Source: a virus
Reading direction: 5' to 3' (one strand)
IMG/VR virus record: IMGVR_UViG_3300028666_000006
Length of the DNA: 50,210 nt
The notes below the pieces were generated by a model. The model was not told where the DNA came from and searched no databases. It saw only the letters and a list, made by a program, of their open reading frames with translations. The translations under genes and the position numbers were made by a program. Shown piece after piece: positions 42,035 through 50,210 of this stretch; position 1 is the stretch's first letter, and every line of letters starts with the position of its first letter.

Positions 42035-42667
42035 ATGGCCGGGATCTCTCCTGGCGGCCGACCGATCGACGAATCCCCGCTGAGCACCAGCAAGAGCGAC
42101 AACTGGGTCGCGAAGAACGGCGGCTTGCCTCCGTACGTGCGCGGTGTGGCTCGTGGGATCGCCCGCAAGCACGGCGGCCACGTCACCAGTAGTGACATCG
42201 CCGAGGCGAAGTCACGCATGGAGGTCTGGGCGGCAACCAGCAAGAATCCGGCCGTTCGAGCAGCGGCTACGGCTGCTCTGGCACAATGGGCTGCGCTACG
42301 TGCGAAGGCCGCAGTGCACGATCACTCAAGGACGGTAGACATGGCAGGCATCGCGAACTTCGGCGGCAAGCAGGCTGCGCCGTTCGGCAAGGGTGGCAAG
42401 CGCATCAAGCTGAAGAAGGCAGCGGCCAAGGCGGCGCTCAAGAACCATGAGCCGAAGGGCAACGAGACGTCGCTGGCGTACGCAGAAGTCGCTCCGCTGA
42501 TCGACCTCTCCTACGTCGGCTTCGGCAAGCTCTCCAGTCAGCTCAAGGCCAAGGGTGCCAGCAACCCCGGCGCGCTCGCTGCTTGGATCGGCCGGCGCAA
42601 GTACGGCAAGAAGAAGTTCGTCAAGGCGGCTTCCAGTGGAGTCTCGCTCCGACCCAAGAAGAAGTAG
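42035..42667 (+). CDS. Lys-rich hypothetical protein (possible virion-internal protein)
   Basis: 210 aa. Motifs NWVAKNGGLPPYVRGVARGIA and GALAAWIGRRKYGKKKF. Confidence 0.7.
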   Translation: MAGISPGGRPIDESPLSTSKSDNWVAKNGGLPPYVRGVARGIARKHGGHVTSSDIAEAKSRMEVWAATSKNPAVRAAATAALAQWAALRAKAAVHDHSRTVDMAGIANFGGKQAAPFGKGGKRIKLKKAAAKAALKNHEPKGNETSLAYAEVAPLIDLSYVGFGKLSSQLKAKGASNPGALAAWIGRRKYGKKKFVKAASSGVSLRPKKK

Positions 42668-43195
42668 ATGGCTCGGCCCCAGAGGCTCTTCCGAGACCTG
42701 AGCTGGGTTGCGTTCGATCAGACGCGGCCCAAGACGGGCAAGAAGAAGCCAGCAGGGCCGGCACCCGTTGCTTCCGCACCGGCTGCTGCGCCCGCGCCGA
42801 TGGTCTCGTCGGCGGCTGCGCCGACAGCCGCGACGCCGTGGCAGTCCACCCCGCCACCCGCGAACGTAGTGACACCTGTCGTCAAGGCACCGGCCACACC
42901 GAAGAAGTCGGTTGCGACAGCATCGGCCGCTAGTCTGGCGGCACAGCAGGCGCGAACTCGCGCGGCGGCGGCCAAGGCCATTCGGGTTGCACGAGTGACC
43001 CGCGGCAAGGCGATGCGGTCGACAAACAAGGCCGCCCGGTCGGCCTACCGCACCAAGTCGCAGAACAGTGACGCACGACTGCGCGCGATGCGCCAGGCGT
43101 CATCGACGAAGGCCAGCATCCGTAACGCCAGCCGATCAGTACGAGTCCAGGCCAGCGCAGCGGCGGCTTCGCTGAACCTCTCTCGGGAGAACTAG
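42668..43195 (+). CDS. very basic Ala/Lys/Arg-rich low-complexity protein
   Basis: 175-aa ORF starting immediately after the upstream stop. Confidence 0.6.
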   Translation: MARPQRLFRDLSWVAFDQTRPKTGKKKPAGPAPVASAPAAAPAPMVSSAAAPTAATPWQSTPPPANVVTPVVKAPATPKKSVATASAASLAAQQARTRAAAAKAIRVARVTRGKAMRSTNKAARSAYRTKSQNSDARLRAMRQASSTKASIRNASRSVRVQASAAAASLNLSREN

Positions 43196-43197
43196 CC

Positions 43198-44904
43198 ATG
43201 GCTCGCGGCATCGAGCGCTTCATCGACCTGGCGGCTGTCAACAAGCACCACGTCGCCGGCACGGCGTACCACTGGAAGCACGGCTACATTCCGCTCGATC
43301 GAGCCACGGCTCTCGCCAATCGCAAGGGTGCACTGGCGAAGAAGCTCTTCGGAGCCGGCGCCAAGCACTGGAATCTCGAACCGGGACAGCACGAACTCGG
43401 TCTGTCGCCCGTCGAGAAGGTCAAGCCCAAGGAGGCTATGCCACCGACGGCACCGAAGCCATCCGAGCCCGAGACTGGTGAGTTCTCTGTCCAGGGCAAG
43501 AAGGTCACGAAGGCTGTCTACATCAAGTCACTTCAGAAGAGCGTCAGGGAGCAGGGCGGCTACCACAAGATCTCGGACGGCAAGCTGGAGCACCTGGCAC
43601 GTCTCGGAGACGAACGTGCTGCCCTTCACGTGAAGGTGCGCCAGCAGATCGAAGAGCGTGACCAGGCGATCCGAGACAACATCAACCGTGCGCTGGCTCG
43701 GCACAAGAGCGGCGAGCAACCGTTCCATCCGTACGGCGGTGCAAGCACCCCGGAGGAGTACGCAGCGCAACGCATCGCGGCACACGAGCAGCTCTACACC
43801 CGCGCGAACAAGCAGGACCTCGAAAAGCGCGAGGTGGCGGCGACGCTCTCGAACCAACGTAGGATCGAGAAGCAGTACGCCGACCGCCAAGCGCGTGAAG
43901 CCGCGCGAGCGAAGCGGGAAGATCCCGAGCAGGCGGCCAAGCTCCAGAAGTTCTTGGACGACGCAACCGAGAAGTACGGTCGCAACGACTACCAGTGGCC
44001 GCCAGAGGTGCTTCAGCAGGCGATTGACCTCGGCGCTGACAAGCACGGCGTGCTGAACTACGTCAACAAGCGCGAGGCGAAGCGGACCCGTGCCGAGGCA
44101 GAGCGCAGTCGCCAGGCGGCGGCGTATGCGTCCGTCTCGAAGCAGGGCGATCCGGTCTCGAAGTCGATAAACATTCCGAAGGCAAGCAACGTCATCAACG
44201 ACGGAGCCCGCCGTGCGCTCGCGGCGATCGACAAGGTCCACAGCGACGGCGAGCTCGTGCCGATTCCACTGAAGAAGAGCAACGCCCGCGGCTTCTACGG
44301 ACGTTATTCGTGGCACGCCAACAACCCGGCCGCAGACAACATCGCGCTCTCGACTGAAGGCGACCACCAGGCTACGACGATGGCTCACGAGGTCGGTCAC
44401 TGGCTCGACCACATTCCGCTCCACAGCGACGCTGGGACGGATCGCCCCGTCAACCGGCGCGTTCACTACATGAGCACCCGCGCGGCGCTGCACTCTCCGA
44501 CCTTCTCGATGCTCGGAGCTACCCGCTCGGACGCTGGCGACGTTCCGACCACCTGGCAGAACTGGTGGAAGGCGATCTCCGACTCGACCGAGATCAAGGA
44601 ACTGCGAGACCGCGAGCGCACTGGCAAGGGCGGCTACCGGATGAGCGGTCGAGTTCAGGGAAGCGGTCTCACCTACGCCGGCTACATGCTCCAGCCACAC
44701 GAGCAGTGGGCACGCGCCTACGCACAGTACATCGCCACCCGCTCTGGTGATCCCAAGATGCAGTCTGAGATCAAGGACCTTGTATCTCTGCGTGGATCGA
44801 AGGATAATGACTTGCAGGGCTTCTCTCAGTGGACCCCAGAGGAGTTCGAGCCGATCGCCAAGGCGATCGACGCCATCATCGCCGAGAAGGGCTGGAAGAA
44901 GTGA
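43198..44904 (+). CDS. large protein with C-terminal zincin-like HExxH domain
   Basis: 568 aa. N-terminal WKHGYIP motif, a charged coiled-coil centre, and a C-terminal ATTMAHEVGHWLDH ... HEQWARAYAQYIA. Confidence 0.8.
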   Translation: MARGIERFIDLAAVNKHHVAGTAYHWKHGYIPLDRATALANRKGALAKKLFGAGAKHWNLEPGQHELGLSPVEKVKPKEAMPPTAPKPSEPETGEFSVQGKKVTKAVYIKSLQKSVREQGGYHKISDGKLEHLARLGDERAALHVKVRQQIEERDQAIRDNINRALARHKSGEQPFHPYGGASTPEEYAAQRIAAHEQLYTRANKQDLEKREVAATLSNQRRIEKQYADRQAREAARAKREDPEQAAKLQKFLDDATEKYGRNDYQWPPEVLQQAIDLGADKHGVLNYVNKREAKRTRAEAERSRQAAAYASVSKQGDPVSKSINIPKASNVINDGARRALAAIDKVHSDGELVPIPLKKSNARGFYGRYSWHANNPAADNIALSTEGDHQATTMAHEVGHWLDHIPLHSDAGTDRPVNRRVHYMSTRAALHSPTFSMLGATRSDAGDVPTTWQNWWKAISDSTEIKELRDRERTGKGGYRMSGRVQGSGLTYAGYMLQPHEQWARAYAQYIATRSGDPKMQSEIKDLVSLRGSKDNDLQGFSQWTPEEFEPIAKAIDAIIAEKGWKK

Positions 44905-45101
44905 GCACAGTCGAGCAACGGTGCGCCGCTGAGATCAATCTCGCCAAGGAGATCGAAGCCGGCCGGTCGACGGGCTGTGTACCTCCGGACACGATCACGG
45001 GCACTCTCGTCTCCAGGTCGGCCGAGCGGCTGAAGCCGAAGTCGTCTACGCTGGTCCAAGCAGCGCGGCGTCGAGTCAAGAACCTGAAGGGCAAGCCATG
45101 A
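44901..45101 (+). CDS. small hypothetical protein
   Basis: GTGA-coupled GTG44901 within ORF 44829..45101. Confidence 0.5.
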   Translation: MSTVEQRCAAEINLAKEIEAGRSTGCVPPDTITGTLVSRSAERLKPKSSTLVQAARRRVKNLKGKP

Positions 45102-46219
45102 GCCAGGAGCGTTTCGTCGAGGTCATTGATCTCGGCAAGGATGGCTCGAAGTGGAAGCACGGCTACATTCCCGAGAACGCCGCTGCTGTCGCTCTGAAGT
45201 CGCACCACAAGGTGGGCGGTGGCTCAGGAATCACGGTGCATCTGCACAAGGATCGCGCGGGTAAGCTGCACGTTCCGAGCAATATGGCGAAGATGCCGCC
45301 GAACCACCACGCCAAGGTCGACAAGGTCACCCCGATGTCCCGGTCGGTGGACGAGGACGGTGGGCTCATGGAGCCCGAGTCGCACATCGAAACTGAAGGC
45401 CAGCGACTCCAGGTCCCGACCCGGATGCTCAACCGCTCGAATCCTGACTACGGTTCGATGACCGACAAGGAGCTGCTCGACCACGCCTACCTCAACCGCA
45501 ACAACGACAGTGGTACTGCGGCGATCCAGGAACTCCACCGTCGGGACAACAACCCCAACAAGGCGGCCGTACGTCCCGGCATGACCCAAGAGCAGCGGGT
45601 CAAGGCTCTCAATGGCGGCGTCACGCCAGGGGAACGTCTGCCGAGCGGTGGCAAGCCGGTGGCCGGCCACATCGAGATCGGTGGCAAGACCCTCGCGGCG
45701 CAGAAGCACCCGGACGGTCACGTCTCGTACCGCGACGTCAACGGCGTCGAGCGTCACCTCAAGCCGGACTCCGAGACGGGCAAGGACTTCAAGGGCGAAT
45801 CTCGATTCGCGCCGAAGCCTCTCCAAGCACCGAAGGCGCCGAAGGATGGCGAGGCTCGCACTCGCGTCACGCCGAAGACGTACCAGGGTGTTGCGGGGCA
45901 CATCATCGTCGGCCACGACACCAAGGGCCGCAAGGTCAACGTGCACGTCCCTGGCTCTCTTGCCGAGGCTCGCGTTGCGCAGTCACGCATCCACAACGGT
46001 AAGCCGGCGTTCTCAGACGCAGAGGTTCGTCAGCACATCAAGGGTCGGCTGTCATCGAGCCAGGAGTCAAAGGAAGGTCCAAGTGCCACGCGGATCAAGT
46101 TGCTGGAAGGCAATCTCGCTAGTTTCCAGCGTCAACTAGCCTTCACGTCTAACAAGGATCAGGTACGGCGACAGATCGCAGCGACCAAGGAGTTACTCCG
46201 TCAGGAGAAGGCCAAGTAA
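45098..46219 (+). CDS. basic hypothetical protein, N-terminal paralogue of the 43198 gene
   Basis: 373 aa. It shares ERF-x-IDL...WKHGYIP with the 43198 product. Confidence 0.75.
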   Translation: MSQERFVEVIDLGKDGSKWKHGYIPENAAAVALKSHHKVGGGSGITVHLHKDRAGKLHVPSNMAKMPPNHHAKVDKVTPMSRSVDEDGGLMEPESHIETEGQRLQVPTRMLNRSNPDYGSMTDKELLDHAYLNRNNDSGTAAIQELHRRDNNPNKAAVRPGMTQEQRVKALNGGVTPGERLPSGGKPVAGHIEIGGKTLAAQKHPDGHVSYRDVNGVERHLKPDSETGKDFKGESRFAPKPLQAPKAPKDGEARTRVTPKTYQGVAGHIIVGHDTKGRKVNVHVPGSLAEARVAQSRIHNGKPAFSDAEVRQHIKGRLSSSQESKEGPSATRIKLLEGNLASFQRQLAFTSNKDQVRRQIAATKELLRQEKAK

Positions 46220-46242
46220 CGCACGGTAGTCGCTCATCGTCG

Positions 46243-46255
46243 TACGATTACGGCG
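46243..46255 (+). promoter_or_regulatory. candidate -10 element for a leaderless transcript
   Basis: TACGAT (46243..46248) lies 6 nt upstream of GTG46255. No SD is present. Confidence 0.3.
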
Positions 46256-47484
46256 TGAAGAACCGACAGCTCCTGACGCCCGCCGTCACCAGCGACTTCA
46301 GCCGCGAGTCGAAGCTCGTCTACTGGAAGCAGATCCTGCCCGAGAAGACGATCGAGTACACCACTCGTACTGGCAAGCGATCCACCGTCGACTTCAGTCA
46401 CGCCTACCTCTCGAAGCTAATCGAGGCGTACCAGGCGAAGCACATGGACCAGACGCCGTTCTTGCTAGCGGACAAGGACAACGCCCACACAATGGACCCG
46501 GAGCGCTACCGCGCACAGGTCACTGCTCTGCGGCTAGCCGCGCCCGGTGAGAAGCCAGGGTTGTACGGCAAGCTGGAGTTCGACAGCCGGCGCGATGCTC
46601 GGGCCGTCGTGCGCAACCCGAATCTCGGTGTCAGCGCACGAATCCGCGAAGACCCCGATGGCCCCAAGCTCGTTCATGTGCTCGGGACACTCGACCCACA
46701 GGTGACTGGCATGGAGCCGTGGAAGCCAGTCGACCTCTCGACGTACGACGGCGAACGTGTGCTTGACTTGTCACAGCACACCTACAGCGACCAGGAGAAT
46801 CCGATGCGCACGAAGCTCCGCAAGCCTGAGTTCAAGGCGAACATCGACGACTACACCGAGACGGACATCGACGAAATGTCCGGCACCGAGCTCGATGCGT
46901 GGGCCGAGCACTTCGGCATCGACCTGAACGACCTCGACAGCGACTCGGACGACGCAGACGGCGCCGATTCTGAGTACGATGACGACGACGATGCAGATGC
47001 AGATGCCGACACCGATCTCGGTGACGCGGATCTGGACGACGACGACGACCCGGACGGAGAGCCCGACGTGAGCGACCTCAGCAGGCGGCGCCAGCGTCGC
47101 GCCAACGCCAGTGGCGACACCCGAGAGATCGAGCTCGCCAACTCGCTCGCGACGGCGGCCGACGCCCGTGCCCGTGAGGCGCTGCGCCGGATGGCCGACG
47201 CCGAGTGGACCGCGTTCCGCGACGTCGCGCTTGGCAAGGGTGTGCCTCCGCACCTCCTCGACCTGGCCGAGCCGATCCTCAATCGGCCCGACGACGTCGT
47301 CATCGACCTGAGCAACTCGGGCGAAGCCGACGTCAACGTCGCTGACGTGCTGCGTCAGTTCCTGACGGCGGCCGAGGGCACCATCGACATGTCCAACGAG
47401 GTCGGCCACTACGGCTCGGTCTCGGGCGACGAGGACCCCGACGCCGAAATGCTTGAGGCGTGGGACAACCAGTTCGGCCGCTAG
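46255..47484 (+). CDS. Mu gpI-like capsid maturation protease / scaffold (tentative)
   Basis: 409 aa. The N-terminal domain YWKQILPEKTIEY...FLLADKDNAH...GLYGKLEF resembles Mu protease I. A poly-Asp linker and a helical C-terminus follow. It lies upstream of the decoration and capsid genes. Confidence 0.7.
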   Translation: MKNRQLLTPAVTSDFSRESKLVYWKQILPEKTIEYTTRTGKRSTVDFSHAYLSKLIEAYQAKHMDQTPFLLADKDNAHTMDPERYRAQVTALRLAAPGEKPGLYGKLEFDSRRDARAVVRNPNLGVSARIREDPDGPKLVHVLGTLDPQVTGMEPWKPVDLSTYDGERVLDLSQHTYSDQENPMRTKLRKPEFKANIDDYTETDIDEMSGTELDAWAEHFGIDLNDLDSDSDDADGADSEYDDDDDADADADTDLGDADLDDDDDPDGEPDVSDLSRRRQRRANASGDTREIELANSLATAADARAREALRRMADAEWTAFRDVALGKGVPPHLLDLAEPILNRPDDVVIDLSNSGEADVNVADVLRQFLTAAEGTIDMSNEVGHYGSVSGDEDPDAEMLEAWDNQFGR

Positions 47485-47519
47485 GCCAGCCGAGACCAGA
47501 GACGAGATAGGACAACACC

Positions 47520-48005
47520 ATGGCAGTCACCTCGATCCAGCGCCGCAGCCGCGGCGCGGACGACGTTTTCGAGGCAGTCGACGCGAACCTCGCGGCCGGC
47601 GTCTTCGTCATCCCGTCGACCACGGCCACGACCGACCCGAGCCTCCAGGGCATCAAGGTCGCGACTGACGCGGCCGTCAACGTGCTCGGTGTCTCGCAGA
47701 AGTCCTGCGTCACGGCGGCCAACCAGGCCGCTGCTGCGGCTGGCACCGACTCGCAGAACTTCCCGTTCGCGAACACCGGCATCCCGACGCCGCAGACTGC
47801 GGTCTTCAGCAACGGGGTCGTGCCGATTCTCTTCGCGGCCGGCGCGGTCAACTACGGCGACCGGGTCTGTGCTGCTGCTTCGGGCTCTGCTCGTAAGTGG
47901 GTCAGCGGGACCGACGCCGAAGAGGCAGTGTGCGGCATCTGCGTCCAGCCAGGCGGTACGGCTGGTGGCGTCGTCGCACTCGTCAAGCTCATCAAGCTGG
48001 CCTAA
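47520..48005 (+). CDS. DUF2190-like head decoration protein (tentative)
   Basis: 161 aa, Ala/Gly/Val-rich and beta-type, directly upstream of the major capsid gene. Confidence 0.65.
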   Translation: MAVTSIQRRSRGADDVFEAVDANLAAGVFVIPSTTATTDPSLQGIKVATDAAVNVLGVSQKSCVTAANQAAAAAGTDSQNFPFANTGIPTPQTAVFSNGVVPILFAAGAVNYGDRVCAAASGSARKWVSGTDAEEAVCGICVQPGGTAGGVVALVKLIKLA

Positions 48006-48044
48006 CCGGCCGGCTCGGAACAGATACGGACAAGGACAGAAGAC

Positions 48045-49130
48045 ATGGCTGGTACCACGATCATCAGCGTGCAGGATGGCCCGCGGATCACGGTCAACTC
48101 GCTCCTCAAGAGCCCGACCCTGATCCCTCGGCGCATCCTCGACATGATGGACCAGATGTTCCTCGTGGACTCTGTCCTTCGCACGGGTCAGGACGCGCCG
48201 TCCGGTGCGGTGCTGTACTACCAGAGCACCCCGCTGTTCAGCAACGACGACCCGGCCGTGCTCGAAGAGTACGGCGAGATCCCGGTCACCAACGGAAGCC
48301 TCGGCACTCCGTTGGTCGCCCGTGTGGTTCGTCGGGCTCTCGGCCTGCGAGTCTCGAAGACGATGCGTGACCGCAACCAGGTCGACGTCGTCAACACGCA
48401 GATCACGCAGATCCGCAACACGATGGTACGAGCGTGGGAAGATGCGTTCTTCTCAGCTCTCGTCGCCAACTCTCAGGTGCAGGTCCTCGTGACCGACAAC
48501 GCTTGGGGCGGCGACGGCTCGCACATTCGTCAGGACGTCAACGGCGCCCGCTACCTCGTGAAGAACGTGGGCGCGGACGGCTCGACTGGTGGCAACAAGC
48601 AGAAGTTCGGCTACATCGCGGACACGCTCATCATCAGCACCGAGACCGAGACCGACTTCCTCGACAGCGACGAGGTCACCAAGCCCTACATCGGCAACAT
48701 CGCGGACGAGAACTTGCAGTACACCGGCAAGCTCCCCAACAAGTTCCTCACGCTGGACGTCGTCACTTCGTGGCGGCTCTCGACCTACGCGCCCTCGTGT
48801 GCGGTCGTGCTCCAGCGCAAGGTCGTTGGTGGGATCGCGGACGAGCGTCCGCTGAGCGCCACGCCGATGTACGGCGAGGGCAACGGCCCCAACGGTGGCC
48901 CCCGTGAGTCATGGCGTACCGACACCACTCGCGCCTCGGCCATCTACCTCGACCAGCCTCTGGCGGCGGTGTTCATCGCTGGCGTCAACGGCAACGCGGA
49001 CGCGGGTGGCGCGGACAGCGTGACCATCGGCGGCCACAGCGTCGACTTGAGCGGTGTCTCCGGTGGCGTGGCGCCGCTGGTGACCCCGAGCCCGTCGAGC
49101 GACCCGGACCACAGCACCAACCCGGCGTAA
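48045..49130 (+). CDS. major capsid protein
   Basis: 361 aa. Its size and position in the head module fit a major capsid protein. A strong terminator hairpin follows. The C-terminal tail is Ser/Thr/Pro-rich. Confidence 0.85.
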   Translation: MAGTTIISVQDGPRITVNSLLKSPTLIPRRILDMMDQMFLVDSVLRTGQDAPSGAVLYYQSTPLFSNDDPAVLEEYGEIPVTNGSLGTPLVARVVRRALGLRVSKTMRDRNQVDVVNTQITQIRNTMVRAWEDAFFSALVANSQVQVLVTDNAWGGDGSHIRQDVNGARYLVKNVGADGSTGGNKQKFGYIADTLIISTETETDFLDSDEVTKPYIGNIADENLQYTGKLPNKFLTLDVVTSWRLSTYAPSCAVVLQRKVVGGIADERPLSATPMYGEGNGPNGGPRESWRTDTTRASAIYLDQPLAAVFIAGVNGNADAGGADSVTIGGHSVDLSGVSGGVAPLVTPSPSSDPDHSTNPA

Positions 49131-49146
49131 GCCGAGCGCACAACCC

Positions 49147-49184
49147 GATCGGGCCGGTCGATCATCAGATCGGCCGGCCCGATT
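49147..49184 (+). terminator. stem-loop terminator after the major capsid gene
   Basis: 16-bp stem (two G.U pairs) gatcgggccggtcgat / atcggccggcccgatt with a 6-nt loop. Confidence 0.75.
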
Positions 49185-49213
49185 CCATGCACAACCCAAC
49201 GAAGGGTAAGACG

Positions 49214-49579
49214 ATGGCAGTCCGAGAGTACGAAGTGCTCGTGTCCGCAGTGATGGTCCGCACTGGCCCTGGCAAGAACCAGGTCCGGCGCATCCTCAAG
49301 GGTGGAATCGTCAAGGGCGACCACCAGAACAGTCAGATCCGCGCGCTCAAGGCGGCCAAGGCCATCGGGAAGCCGGGAACGGTCCCGAGCAACGCGATGA
49401 CCGTTGCGCGAGCGTTCCATGGCTTCGACGACCCGGTCGCGGCTCTGCTCGACGAGGCGCTCCCCACGCCGGCCGCAGTCAGCGCGGACCCGTTCGCTGA
49501 CCTGGAGAACGAGGACATGTTCACCAAGGTCAACCCGCAGGTCGCGGCGGCATCAGCAGAGGCGCTCGCGAAGTCCTAG
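49214..49579 (+). CDS. hypothetical protein (head-associated by position)
   Basis: ATG49214 follows GAAGGG, within ORF 48911..49579. The gene ends aag tcc tag. Confidence 0.65.
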   Translation: MAVREYEVLVSAVMVRTGPGKNQVRRILKGGIVKGDHQNSQIRALKAAKAIGKPGTVPSNAMTVARAFHGFDDPVAALLDEALPTPAAVSADPFADLENEDMFTKVNPQVAAASAEALAKS

Positions 49580-49594
49580 TAGTAAGGTTGAGGC

Positions 49595-50164
49595 ATGGCG
49601 TACTCGACTCCCACGATGGTGCGCAATGCCCTCAATCCAGGGACTGACGGATCAGCTCCACCCGACCCCCCGAGCGGGACAGGCGCCGACCTCAGCGATG
49701 CGCAGCTCGAAGACGCCATCGCTGAGGCGGACGCCGTCATCGACTCGTACATCGCGAAGTATTACGCCGTCCCTGTCGCGCTGGTGATCCCGGCGACTGA
49801 TGATGTTCAGGGTGACGGCGCACCCGACGGCTCGGTGCCGCACCCGATCGACTACTGGTCCCGCAACATCGCGGCGTACAACGCCACACTGGTCGTTCGC
49901 AAGAGCCTCGACTTCACCGACGATGACCCGGTCGCTCGGCGCTACAACGCCACCATGTCGGCGCTAGTTGGCGTCAGCAAGGGCCAGGCCACCCTCCAGA
50001 TCCCCGAGAACACCACGCCGAACGCCGCGACTGGTGCTGGCGCCCCGGTCAACCCGTACTACGCAGGGGATCTGTTCGATGCGGCTGACTGGAATCTCCA
50101 GCCGATCACGCCGGACTGGCCGCTGTGGCCGGATATCCCCGGTGGCATGGGATCGAACTGGTGA
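49595..50164 (+). CDS. head-tail adaptor (DUF1320 / Mu gp36-like)
   Basis: 189 aa. N-terminal MAYSTPTMVRNALNP...LSDAQLEDAIAEADAVIDSYIAKYY pattern. Its stop lies inside the terminal repeat. Confidence 0.75.
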   Translation: MAYSTPTMVRNALNPGTDGSAPPDPPSGTGADLSDAQLEDAIAEADAVIDSYIAKYYAVPVALVIPATDDVQGDGAPDGSVPHPIDYWSRNIAAYNATLVVRKSLDFTDDDPVARRYNATMSALVGVSKGQATLQIPENTTPNAATGAGAPVNPYYAGDLFDAADWNLQPITPDWPLWPDIPGGMGSNW

Positions 50165-50210
50165 GAGGTACTCTCGGCAAGCGACTCGACTTCCTCATCG
50201 AGCAGACCGG
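50084..50210. repeat. terminal direct repeat, right copy (identical to 1..127)
   Basis: Matched base for base with 1..127. Confidence 0.95.

Overview
The window looks like one complete, circularly closed dsDNA phage genome. The first 127 bp are repeated exactly at 50084..50210, giving a unit length of 50083 bp. The DNA is high-GC and every credible gene is on the + strand. Many genes are translationally coupled through ATGA/GTGA overlaps. All long minus-strand ORFs look like high-GC antisense artefacts. Going round the circle: (1) 34953..50164 and 78..986 hold a Mu-like head module: large terminase, portal, MuF-like protein, protease/scaffold, decoration protein, major capsid and neck proteins. 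A ~7 kb accessory block (39293..46219) interrupts this module. (2) 993..9416 is a siphovirus-type tail module: major tail protein, chaperone pair with a -1 frameshift, tape measure and minor tail proteins including an 889-aa glycine-rich protein. (3) 9427..10871 is a lysis cassette. (4) A terminator/promoter junction is followed by an early replication/recombination operon (11008..22586): SNF2 helicase, HNH, Cas4-like exonuclease, Sak4-like ATPase, DUF669-like SSB, family A DNA polymerase, RuvC-like resolvase and primase/SF3 helicase. (5) An AT-rich 185-bp gap precedes small genes and a displaced tail-fibre module with collagen-like (G-P-T)n proteins (24622..28181). (6) A second consensus promoter drives a C5 cytosine methyltransferase, many small genes, a GT2-TPR glycosyltransferase, a HicA-like protein and a secreted repeat protein. 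A degenerate tRNA-like element follows. I recognised no integrase or repressor, so the phage looks lytic. The host is probably an actinobacterium; that is an inference. All function calls rest on motif recognition by eye and no searches were run.
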